From an uncultured Rhodospirillaceae bacterium (GTDB lineage: Bacteria; Pseudomonadota; Alphaproteobacteria; UBA8366; GCA-2717185), in the NCBI GenBank assembly GCA_964386465.1, contig CAYLTU010000002.1, positions 1-55,061 of the forward strand: a stretch of 55,061 bases of DNA, written 5' to 3'. Below, piece by piece: positions 1 through 9,300 of this stretch (positions within the stretch are counted from its first letter, which is position 1; each line of letters starts with the position of its first letter). The notes beneath the pieces were generated by a model, which saw nothing but the letters and a program-made list of their open reading frames with translations, had not been told where the DNA came from and searched no databases. The translations under genes were made by a program, and so were the position numbers.

Positions 1-1431
1 ATCGCCACGGTCTGGGCGCGGCAGAAACCGGGCACGGACGTGGCTTGGATCAACGGGCTCCTGCATGTCATCGTTCGTGACGGCCTGATGAATACCGATT
101 TCATCGAGTCCCGCACCGAGGGCGGCGAAGCTGTGGAGAAACTGGTCGCCAGCTATACACCGGAGCGCGTCTCGGAAATCACCGGGGTTCCGGCCGAGCT
201 TATCGAAGAGGCGGCACACCTCTACGCCAAGGCGGAACGGGCATCCATCGTCTATTCCATGGGCATCACCCAGCACGTCACCGGCGTCGACAACGTCCGG
301 TCGCTGGCAAATCTGGCAATGATCACCGGGCAGATCGGCCGGCCCGGCACCGGTGTCAATCCGCTGCGCGGTCAAAACAATGTCCAGGGTGCCTGCGACA
401 TGGCTGCCCTGCCAAACTTCTTCCCCGGCTACCAACAGGTTGCCGATGCTGATATCCGGGCCAAGTTCGAAAGAGCCTGGAACGTTGAACTCCCCGATGC
501 CCCAGGCATGACGGTAACGCAAATGTTCCCGGCCGTCCTTGAGGGAAAAATTAAGGCTATGTACATCATGGGTGAGAACCCGGTGCTCTCCGATGCCGAT
601 GTCACGCATGTCGAGGAGGCGCTTGAAAAACTCGACTTCCTTGTTGTGCAGGACATTTTCCTCACCGAGACCGCAAAATTCGCCGATGTCGTTTTGCCGG
701 CGTCTTCGTTCGCCGAGCGCGACGGGACCTACGCCAATACGGAGCGCCGCGTACAACTGACGAGGCCGGTGGTGCGGGCCCCGGGCCAGGCGCGGCGGGA
801 CCTGGAGATCGTCTGCGACATCGCCACCGCCGTCGGTTATCCCATGACCTACGCCTCGACATCGGAGGTCAATGACGAGATGCGCGGGCTGACGCCTTCC
901 TACGGGGGCATTTCACATGAACGGCTTGAGGCCGGGGAGCAGCTTCATTGGCCCTGCCCATCGGACGATCACCCGGGAACACCGATCCTGCACCGCGAAA
1001 CCTTCACGCGCGGCCTTGGCCAGTTCCACCCGGTTGAATACAAGCCCGCCGACGAGGAAACCGATGCATCATTCCCAATCGTGCTGACAACCGGCCGCAT
1101 GCTGGAACACTACCACACGGGAACCATGACCCGGCGGAGCAAGGCCTTGGACGGCCTCGTTCCCGGCCCCTTTGTCGAGGTAAGCGGCGCCGACGCGACG
1201 CAAATCGAAGTCGAGGATGGCGACCCTGTGAGGGTAACCTCGCGCCGTGGCTCCATCATCCTGCCCGCCAAGGTGGGAAGCAGGGTGGACACGGGCGTCC
1301 TCTTCATCCCGTTTCACTTCTGGGAGGCGGCGGCCAATGTTTTGACGAACCCGGCGGCTGATCCAACGGCGGGAATTCCGGAATTCAAGGTTTGCGCCGT
1401 AAAGCTGGAGCGGGCACCGGAAGCTAGCTGA
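1..1431 (+). CDS. Formate dehydrogenase alpha subunit (molybdopterin oxidoreductase), C-terminal part; 5' end lies outside the window
   Basis: Frame 1 is open from base 1 (IATVWARQKPGTDVAWINGLL...) to the TGA at 1429-1431. The product carries FdhA-type molybdopterin-oxidoreductase blocks (YSMGITQHVTG, NPLRGQNNVQGACDMA, GENPVLSDAD, TTGRMLEHYHTGTMTRR). It also has the C-terminal molybdopterin-dinucleotide-binding barrel (FVEVSGADA...VRVTSRRGSI...FIPFHF). Confidence 0.9.
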   Translation: MATVWARQKPGTDVAWINGLLHVIVRDGLMNTDFIESRTEGGEAVEKLVASYTPERVSEITGVPAELIEEAAHLYAKAERASIVYSMGITQHVTGVDNVRSLANLAMITGQIGRPGTGVNPLRGQNNVQGACDMAALPNFFPGYQQVADADIRAKFERAWNVELPDAPGMTVTQMFPAVLEGKIKAMYIMGENPVLSDADVTHVEEALEKLDFLVVQDIFLTETAKFADVVLPASSFAERDGTYANTERRVQLTRPVVRAPGQARRDLEIVCDIATAVGYPMTYASTSEVNDEMRGLTPSYGGISHERLEAGEQLHWPCPSDDHPGTPILHRETFTRGLGQFHPVEYKPADEETDASFPIVLTTGRMLEHYHTGTMTRRSKALDGLVPGPFVEVSGADATQIEVEDGDPVRVTSRRGSIILPAKVGSRVDTGVLFIPFHFWEAAANVLTNPAADPTAGIPEFKVCAVKLERAPEAS

Positions 1432-1514
1432 CTCATTCAGCCATCATCGGGCGGCGGCTGGACCATCGGCGCGGGGTTGGAGACAATGGCGGTGCGGCGG
1501 TAAGGAAGGAATTG

Positions 1515-2399
1515 ATGGTGGATTCGATAAGGGAAAACTCACCGGTGGGCTATATGGAGCGGACGCGGCGATACTACCGCGCGCTCGGATACAACAACGA
1601 CTATAACTGGTCGCACTACGACGACGTGCCGTTCGCCGCGCCGAAGCGGCCGCTGTCGGAGAGCCGGGTGACGATCGTTACGACGACGAGCCCGCCCGGC
1701 GGGCCGCGCGACGGCGACCGGATGCTCAAGGAGGTGTGGAGCGGCCCGACCACGGACACGCCGTCCGACCTGTATACGGAGTTCATGTCGTGGGACAAGG
1801 AGACGACCCACACCCGCGACCGGGAAAGCTATCTGCCGATCCTGGCGCTGCGGGCAATGGCCGCGGAAGGCCGTATCGGCGGGTTGACCGAGCGTTTCCA
1901 CGGTGTGCCAACGACTTACAGCCAACGCCGGACGGTTGAACGGGACGCACCGGAAATCGTGCGCCGATGCCGGGAGGACGCCGCCGATGTCGCCCTCCTG
2001 GTCCCCATGTGACCTGTCTGCCACCAAACCGTGAGTTTGGTCGCAAGAGCACTCGAAGCCGAAGGCATCGCGACTGTCGTCGTCGGGTCGGCCCGCGATA
2101 TCGTCGAACATTGCGGCGTACCGCGCTTTCTCTTCACCGACTTCCCGCTCGGCAACCCCGCGGGACCGCCCTACGACCGGGCCGCCCAAGCGGCGATCGC
2201 GGCCCAGGCGTTCGATCTGCTGGAATCGGCGAAAGGCTCCCGGACGACCGTGCAGGCGCCGCAGTTGTGGCCGGATGGCGAGGGTTGGCGCCGCGTCTAC
2301 AATTATATCGGTCCGGAAAACCGCGATGCTCTACGCGCGGAGGGCGCCGCGCGCCGGGAACGTCAGGCGGCGGACAAGCGAAGCCTGGCGGCGTCGTAA
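1515..2399 (+). CDS. GrdB/PrdB-family (glycine/sarcosine/betaine/D-proline reductase protein B-like) putative selenoprotein; TGA at 2010-2012 read as Sec
   Basis: ORFs 1512-2012 and 2031-2399 are in the same frame and separated only by TGA. The joined product reads ...DVALLVPM-U-PVCHQTVSLVARALEAEGIATVVVGS...FPLGNPAGPPYD, which matches my recollection of the GRDB family with a UxxC/CxxC centre. There is no SD sequence before the internal GTG at 2031, whereas a strong SD (AAGGAAGGA) lies 5 nt before the ATG at 1515. A hairpin follows the TGA. Confidence 0.7.
2019..2045 (+). promoter_or_regulatory. Putative bacterial SECIS hairpin downstream of UGA 2010-2012
   Basis: Perfect 7-bp upper stem: ACCAAAC (2023-2029) pairs with GTTTGGT (2035-2041). 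The loop is 5 nt, CGUGA, and contains G-U. A 3-bp lower stem (2019-2021 / 2043-2045) is separated from the upper stem by a C.C mismatch. The stem starts 11 nt after the UGA and the loop about 18 nt after it. Confidence 0.5.
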
Positions 2400-2427
2400 G
2401 CGGCGGACGGACGGTGCAGGACGCGCG

Positions 2428-3354
2428 ATGACACGGACACTCTATTTCGATTGCAGCGCCGATATGAAGGCGCTGTACGAATCGACCGAAGGCATGGCGG
2501 ACATTCTGCCGTCCTTGGAACTGCGGCTCGGCGACCCCGACCCGTCGGAACTGCCCGGCCTGCTTTCAGGCTATACCGGCGTCCTCAACGGTCACACCCG
2601 AATGTCGGCCGAACTGCTGGACGCTTGCCCCGACGTGAAGGTCGTCGTCTTCCTCGGCACCGGGGTCGCCAGCTATGTCGACATGGAGGCGGCCGCGGCG
2701 CGCGGCATCGCGGTGCACGGGATCGCCGGTTACGGCAACCGCACCATCGCCGAGCATAGTTTGGCGCTGATGCTGGCCGGTGTGCGCGGGGTCGCGCGGC
2801 TCGACCGCGAGATGCGCGCGGGGACCTGGCGGCCTGACAGCGGTTTCGAACTGGAAGGCAAGACCTTGGGAATCGTCGGGCTCGGCGGCGTCGGACGCAC
2901 CATGGCCAAGCTGGGCGCGGCGCTCGGCATGAAGGTGATCGCCTGGAACCGCAGCGGCGTGCCGGACGGCGTCGATTGCGATTATGTCGAGATCGATACG
3001 CTGATGGCCGAATCCGACGTCGTCACCCTACACATCGATCTGGTGCCGGAAACCGAAGGCATCATCGACCGCCGCCGTCTCGAACTGCTTCGGCCGCACG
3101 CCGTACTTGTCAACGCGGCGCGCGGTGCCCTGGTCGACGAGGCGGCGCTCGCCGAAATGCTAAAAGACGGCCGCATCGGCCATGCCGCGCTCGACGTCTA
3201 CGGCACTGAACCGCTGCCGGCGGACAGCCCGTTTCGCGGTCTCGACAACGTCACCCTGACACCACATGCCGCCTGGGTCTCGCCCGAGGCCGCGACGCGG
3301 TTGCTGCGGATGGGGATCGAGCGGCTGCGCGACGCGATTGACGAGTTGCCGTAG
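2428..3354 (+). CDS. D-isomer-specific 2-hydroxyacid dehydrogenase family (NAD-binding), glyoxylate/hydroxypyruvate/phosphoglycerate dehydrogenase-like
   Basis: Start set at the ATG at 2428 (MTRTLYF...). Rossmann motif GIVGLGGVGRTMAK is present. Family blocks LLRPHAVLVNAARGALVDEAAL and ALDVYGTEPLP...LTPHAAW are also present. Confidence 0.85.
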   Translation: MTRTLYFDCSADMKALYESTEGMADILPSLELRLGDPDPSELPGLLSGYTGVLNGHTRMSAELLDACPDVKVVVFLGTGVASYVDMEAAAARGIAVHGIAGYGNRTIAEHSLALMLAGVRGVARLDREMRAGTWRPDSGFELEGKTLGIVGLGGVGRTMAKLGAALGMKVIAWNRSGVPDGVDCDYVEIDTLMAESDVVTLHIDLVPETEGIIDRRRLELLRPHAVLVNAARGALVDEAALAEMLKDGRIGHAALDVYGTEPLPADSPFRGLDNVTLTPHAAWVSPEAATRLLRMGIERLRDAIDELP

Positions 3355-3393
3355 CGCTGAAATTAGCCGTGATTCAGGAAGACGGATAACGAT

Positions 3394-5832
3394 ATGACCA
3401 AATCATTCCCCACCAGCGCCACCGTCGTCGTCATCGGCGGCGGGGTGATGGGGTGCAGCACGGCCTATCATCTCGCCAAGGCGGGCTGCCGCGACGTGGT
3501 GCTGCTGGAGCGCAAGCAGCTGACGTCGGGGACGAGCTGGCATTCGGCGGCGCAGGTCCGGGCGCTGCGGTCGAGCGAGAATCTGACGCGGATGATCCAG
3601 TACAGCGCCGAGCTGTACCAAAACCTGGAGGCTGAGACCGGGCAGTCGACCGGCTGGCTCAAGACCGGCAGCCTCAGCTTGGCCACGAACCAGGAGCGCT
3701 TCACCCACATCAAGCGACAGGCCTCGCTGGCGCGGCTGTTCGGCGTCGAGGCCGAGGTCGTCTCGCCGGAGGAAGCGGGCCGGCTGTGGCCGCTGATCCG
3801 CACCGACGATCTGGTCGGCGCGGTGTGGTCGCCGGAGGACGGGCGGGTCAATCCGAGCGACCTGTGCGCGGCGCTGACCAAGGCGGCGCGGGCGAACGGT
3901 GCCCGGATCGTCGAGGATGCGCCGGTCACCGGCTTCACCGTCGAGAACGGCAGAGTGAGCGGGGTCGAGACGCCGCACGGGACGATCGCCTGCGAGACCG
4001 TCGCGTTGTGCGCCGGACTGTGGTCGCATTCGGTCGCCGCGTTGGCCGGCGTGTCGGCCCCGCTGCATGCCTGCGAGCATTTCTACCTGCTGACCCAGCC
4101 GATGGAGGAGGTCAAGGGTCACCTGCCGACCTTGGGCGACCACGACGCGCATCTCTATTTGCGCGACGATGTCGGCGGGCTGCTTGTCGGCAGTTTCGAG
4201 CCGGGCGCGCGGGCCATCGGGCTCGACAAGCTGCCGAAGGATTTCGCCTTCGACCTGCTGGCCGAGGATTGGGACCATTTCGAGCCGATGCTGATGAACG
4301 GCATCCACCGCATTCCGGCGCTGGAAAAGGCCGAGGCGCGCATGCTGTTGAACGGACCGGAGAGCTTTACGCCGGACGGCCGGTTCCTGCTCGGCGAGTC
4401 GCCGGAGCTGCGCGGCTTCTTTCTCGGCTGCGGCATGAATTCGGCCGGCATGGCGAGCAGCGGCGGGGCGGGGCGCTGGCTCGCCGAATGGATTCTGGCG
4501 GGCGAACCGACCTTGGACATGTGGCCGGTCGATATCCGCCGCTTCGCGCCCTTCCACAACAATATGCGGGCGCTGCGCGAACGCGCGCCGGAAGTGCTGA
4601 CAAGCCACTACGTTACCGAGGCGCCGCACCGCGAGTTCGAGACCGCGCGCGATATACGCCATGGACCGCTGCACGAACGCCAAGCGGCGAAGGGCGCGCA
4701 TTTCGCGCCCCGCATGGGCTGGGAACGGCCCAGCTTCTATGCCGACTCGCCGGTCGATACGACGCCGACTTTCGCGCGGCCGGCCTTTGACGGTTACGTC
4801 GCGGCGGAACAGGCGGCGGCGCGCAACGACGTGGCGCTGTTCGATCAATCGAGCTACGGCAAGCTGCGCGTGCGCGGGCCCGACGCGGAGGCGCTGCTGC
4901 AGCGGCTCTGCGCCAACGACATGGCAACAACCCCGGGCCGGGTGATTTATACCGGGATGCTGAACGTGCGCGGCGGTTACGAGTCCGACTGTACGGTGTT
5001 CCGCCATGCCGCCGGTGATTATCTGGTCGTCACCGGTACCGCCCAGCCGGTTCGCGACATGGACTGGATCAAGCGGAACATGGCCGACGAAGACGTGCGG
5101 ATCGACGATGTCACCGTCGGTACCGCCGTCATGGCGCTCGCGGGACCGAAGGCGCGCGAGCTGATGCAAGCGGTCAGTGATGCCGATTTTTCGAACGATA
5201 GCTTTCCCTATATGACGTGGCGCGACATTGAAATGGGTCCTTGGACGGTACGGGCGGCGCGCCTCAGCTACGTCGGAGAACTCGGTTGGGAGCTCTACAT
5301 GCCGACCGAATTCGCGGCGGGCGTGTACGACTTGCTATTCGAGGCCGGCGAAGATTTCGGATTGCGCGATGCGGGCATGATCGCCATGACCGGGCTGCGG
5401 CTCGAGAAGGCGTATCGGGCGTGGGGTCACGATCTGACGCCGGAGACGACACCTTTGGAAGCCGGGCTGGGCTTCGCCGCGAAGATCGATCACAACACGC
5501 CTTTCATCGGACAGGACGCCTTGAAACGGCAGCGGGATGAGGGCTTGGGAAAGCGGCTCGTCATCTTCACCTTGGACGATTCCGAGGCGCTCCCCATCGG
5601 CGGCGAGCCGATCGTCTGGAACGGCGCCTTCGTCGGCCAGGTCACCAGCGCGGGTTATGGCCACACGCTGGGCCGCGGCGTGGCGATCGGCCGGGTGACG
5701 GCCAACGGGACAAACGTCGAGGACATGGTCGCCGCCGGCGGTTTCGAGATCGAGATCGCCTGCGAACGCTTCGCCGCATCTGCCGGCTTCCGCGCGCCCT
5801 TCGATCCCTCCGGCGAAAGGCTGCGCGGGTAA
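3394..5832 (+). CDS. Dimethylglycine/sarcosine dehydrogenase family protein (DAO FAD domain fused to GcvT aminomethyltransferase/folate-binding domain)
   Basis: 812 aa. N-terminal dinucleotide fold VVVIGGGVMGCSTAYHLAKAG. The C-terminal half has GcvT-like blocks (YGKLRVRGPDA, YVGELGWELYMP, GLRLEKAYRAWGHD). The length is typical of DMGDH/SARDH-type enzymes. Confidence 0.9.
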   Translation: MTKSFPTSATVVVIGGGVMGCSTAYHLAKAGCRDVVLLERKQLTSGTSWHSAAQVRALRSSENLTRMIQYSAELYQNLEAETGQSTGWLKTGSLSLATNQERFTHIKRQASLARLFGVEAEVVSPEEAGRLWPLIRTDDLVGAVWSPEDGRVNPSDLCAALTKAARANGARIVEDAPVTGFTVENGRVSGVETPHGTIACETVALCAGLWSHSVAALAGVSAPLHACEHFYLLTQPMEEVKGHLPTLGDHDAHLYLRDDVGGLLVGSFEPGARAIGLDKLPKDFAFDLLAEDWDHFEPMLMNGIHRIPALEKAEARMLLNGPESFTPDGRFLLGESPELRGFFLGCGMNSAGMASSGGAGRWLAEWILAGEPTLDMWPVDIRRFAPFHNNMRALRERAPEVLTSHYVTEAPHREFETARDIRHGPLHERQAAKGAHFAPRMGWERPSFYADSPVDTTPTFARPAFDGYVAAEQAAARNDVALFDQSSYGKLRVRGPDAEALLQRLCANDMATTPGRVIYTGMLNVRGGYESDCTVFRHAAGDYLVVTGTAQPVRDMDWIKRNMADEDVRIDDVTVGTAVMALAGPKARELMQAVSDADFSNDSFPYMTWRDIEMGPWTVRAARLSYVGELGWELYMPTEFAAGVYDLLFEAGEDFGLRDAGMIAMTGLRLEKAYRAWGHDLTPETTPLEAGLGFAAKIDHNTPFIGQDALKRQRDEGLGKRLVIFTLDDSEALPIGGEPIVWNGAFVGQVTSAGYGHTLGRGVAIGRVTANGTNVEDMVAAGGFEIEIACERFAASAGFRAPFDPSGERLRG

Positions 5833-5836
5833 GGTC

Positions 5837-6163
5837 ATGCCGCGGGTCGAGGCGTTGTGGCGCTATCCGGTGAAATCCCTGCTCGGCGAAACCTGTTCGC
5901 CGATGGCGGGACGCCGTGCGGCGACGATCTGGAAATAAAATCCCTGTTGCCCGAAGCCCTGGGACGGCCCGTCACGCCGGCGCGCGAGGGCGCGACCCCG
6001 CATTTCGATGCCGGACCTGTCCATATCGTAACGACCAGCGCGCCCGCTTGGCCGCAGAACCGCTTGCCGGATCGACCAGCGACGGTTTCGCCCCAACATC
6101 GTGATCAATGACCAACGCGCGCCGGCGCCGGCCGTCGGTTGCGCCGGTAAGGCGCTTGAATAG
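5837..6163 (+). pseudogene. Decayed MOSC-domain gene remnant (frameshifted and internally deleted)
   Basis: The ATG at 5837 opens MPRVEALWRYPVKSLLGETCS (MOSC N-terminal barrel motif YPVKS..GE), and the frame stops after 33 codons (TAA at 5936-5938). Two further frames carry HFDAGPVHIVTTS and IDQRRFRPNIVIN (6071-6163), both recognisable MOSC blocks. The total is about 330 nt, against more than 600 nt expected for an intact gene. Confidence 0.55.
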
Positions 6164-6373
6164 CGCGCGAATTTACAGAACCACATCTTGTGGTTTTCAG
6201 CCTGGCCGATCAGCGGTCAAATTTGGCGGTGATTACTACGACGCATCGCAACAATTTGCGACTATGCGCCAGACCATAATGTGTTAGGGCAGGTCGGCTA
6301 TCGAATTAAGACCGGAAACGGGCCTGACGCCAAATTAGGCTCGAAGAGTGCAAGGAGCGGAAAAAGGGTTTTC

Positions 6374-9300
6374 CTAATTCATCTCATCAAGCAATGCTTT
6401 GGCTTCGATCAAGTCGGGGGTGTCGAAGCCTTCGGTGAACCAATCGTACGCGGGCAGCAATTTGTCGTAAGCCTCATTTCGTCTGCCTTGGTCATTCCAA
6501 AGCCGGGCGAGGACAGTAGTTGCGCGAAGTTCGTAACTGCGGGCCGAGCGCAGCCGGGCATCCTTGATCGCAGTTTCCAAGGCCTGTTGCGCCTGATCGA
6601 AAGCCTGCCTGCCGCGAGTGATATGCGCAATTCCGAGAATGCGGTACAGCTCAGCTAGAAAGAAATGTTCGCCCGTCTTTCGAGCGCAACTAATGCCTTC
6701 CTGGGCCGCACGTATGGATTCTTCCGGTTCGCCAAGTCGTTGCCATGCGTCGGCGATAAGCGTAAGAAAATAAGTTTGAACGAATACCGTGCCCATAGAA
6801 CGTCGCCGCTCAAGATATTCCCGCATTGCGACCGCCGCGTGACGATCCTGTTCCGTACGAACTGCAAGCCAAGCTTTGAGCAACTGCACCTCGGTGAAGT
6901 ATATCTCCAGACCGAATTTATCGATCAATGGCGCGATGTAATTGAGCCGACTTTCGAGCGTTTCAAGATCGTCTAGAAGTTGCGGCAGCACATTGGCCCA
7001 ATTGTAAGCATGACCAATAATTTGCGGATGCCCTAACTCTGCCGCGTGCTCCAGGCCTTGGCTGTTCCGAGCTATCGCTTGCTCGGGATAGCCTAAGGCA
7101 AAAAGCGCATTGCCACTATTGATAAGCCCGCATTCGCGCGCATCGTGACCACCAAAAGCCATGGCGTGATCAGCGTGACGCTCAACATCGTAAATCGCAA
7201 GAACTCGATCAGCGTGTTCGCATGTGCCTTGCAGGTTGCCTTGAAACAGATATGAAGAAAACAATGCATGGTGCGCCTGCACTTCGTAGTCGACGTCGGC
7301 CCGAGATTTTGCGTCCTCAAGCAGCTTTTTGGCCATCGGAATAGATTCGGTATATTCCGCGCGGGCGTTTTGGATTCGCCATAGTGCCCATTCAACCCTG
7401 AACCAACTCTTTCGGTCATTAAGGTCTTCGGCCAACGCGCTGGAGCGCCGCTGGACTTGCTCCGTTTGCACGGAAGCTGGGCCATGGCAGTTCATAACAG
7501 CAACATTAAGTCGTCCGAGAAGCTCCAGTTCACGGCGCTTCAGATCTTCGCTACGAGGCAAGTTATGGAGTTGTTCGATAGCGTGCTCGAATGCCGAGGC
7601 TGCCTCGGCCATGGCGGAGCGATTCTGTGCCAGGGTGCCGGCTTTCGCCCATGCAATCGCCGCCGCGTCATGACGATTCGCCGCTGTCAAATGATGCGCC
7701 ATTACTTCTGGCGCGGTCCCGGACGGACTGTTGGTCAGCGAATCAGCAATCTTCCCATGGAGCTGTTCGCGTCGGCTCCTGAGCAGACTGGCGTACGCGG
7801 CTTCTTGGATCAAGGCGTGTTTGAAGGTGTATCTCGCGTCGTGAGATGTACCGGAACGAAAGACCAGTTCGGAACCAGTCAGTCTGTCCAATGCCACCTC
7901 CAGGTCCACTGCGGTCATTTCGGCAACAGGCAGAACTAGATCGTACGAAAACTCGCGCCCGAGGACCGCGCCAATCTGCGCGATTTTCTTTGCTTCCGTA
8001 CCCAATCTGTCGATGCGCGCAAGCAGAGACGATTGCAAGCTATCTGGGATATCCGCCTCCGCAACGTCAAACCCACTTTCGACCAATGATTTGGTCAGTT
8101 CCTCGATGAAAAGCGGCACCCCATCCGTGCGTGCGACAATTCGTGCCATAACGTCTTTCGGCACGTGGTCACCGGCGATCGCTCCCACGATCTCGGCAAC
8201 TTGCGCCTTACCGAGTCGGTTGAGTTGTAGAGAGGTGACATGATTGTGGCCGCTGGGCGGTAACTGCCATTCGGGGCGGTGTGTGATGATGAGCAAGACC
8301 CGTGCTTGCTGCAAGTGTCCAATAATCAACTCCAGAAGTTCCAAACTGGTGGGGTCGATCCAATGGCTGTCCTCAAATAGAAACAAAACCGGTTTGTGCG
8401 CGGCCAACTGCATCAGATGCGAAACGAGCGCCTTCAGAAGGAGTTCCTTGGTTTGTTGTGACGTTTGTTCGAGCGCGCCGTGGCGCGTTTCATATGGCAA
8501 TGAAAGGAGGTGTGCGAACAACGCCGTATGGGACTCGACGTTATCGTCCGTTTCCCGCAGCATACTAGCCAATTTGTCGAGTTTGTGCTCGCTATCGTCG
8601 TTCGGTCGAAAGCCACAAGCATACTGCAACTGCTGGATCGTTGGGTATAAGGCACTGTTGCTGTGATATGATGAGCATTGATAACGAACGCGGAAGTGAT
8701 CGCTTTCTGCCACCTGATCATGCAAGCCTTGCATCAATCTCGACTTTCCAATGCCTGCTTCACCTGAGATCAGCACAACCTGCCCTTCGCCACCTAACGC
8801 AAGTCGCCAACGATCCAGCAATAATTGCAACTCTGCTTCGCGCCCAACGAAGCGCGTCGTTCCGCCGCTATGTGCAGCTTCAAACCGACTTTCCGCCACC
8901 ACTTCGCCCACGATGCTCCACGCCTGCACTGCCGCTTTGAATCCCTTCAAGTTATGAGCGCCAAGATCATCGACATTAAAGGTTTGTCCGACCAGACGGT
9001 ATGTGGGCTCGCCAATCACCACTTGCCCCGGCTCGGCAACATCCTGAAGTCGCGCCGCGAGGTTGGGAGTTTCGCCGCTCACCGCTTCCACATCGCTACC
9101 GCTTTCCCCGACCAGGTCGCCGACCACCACTTGTCCAGTGGCAATGCCAACGCGCGCGGCCAAGGCGGCGTGGCCGGCCATCTGCTCGGAAGAGACGGCA
9201 ACGACGGCGTTTAGACCCGCCCGCACCGCCCGCTCTGCCTGATCCTCATAGGCCTGCGGCCAGCCGAAATAGGCGAGCACACCGTCGCCCAGATATTTCG

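Noticed and set aside
3403-5169. 588-aa ORF antisense to the DMGDH-like gene. Similar long antisense ORFs occur at 19907-21130, 25013-26251, 28469-29611, 39032-40531, 40393-41502 and 52683-54269.
   Set aside because: These are typical shadow ORFs of GC-rich coding DNA. They are rich in Arg, Ala, Gly and Pro, carry no recognisable motifs, and lie opposite genes with unambiguous family signatures.
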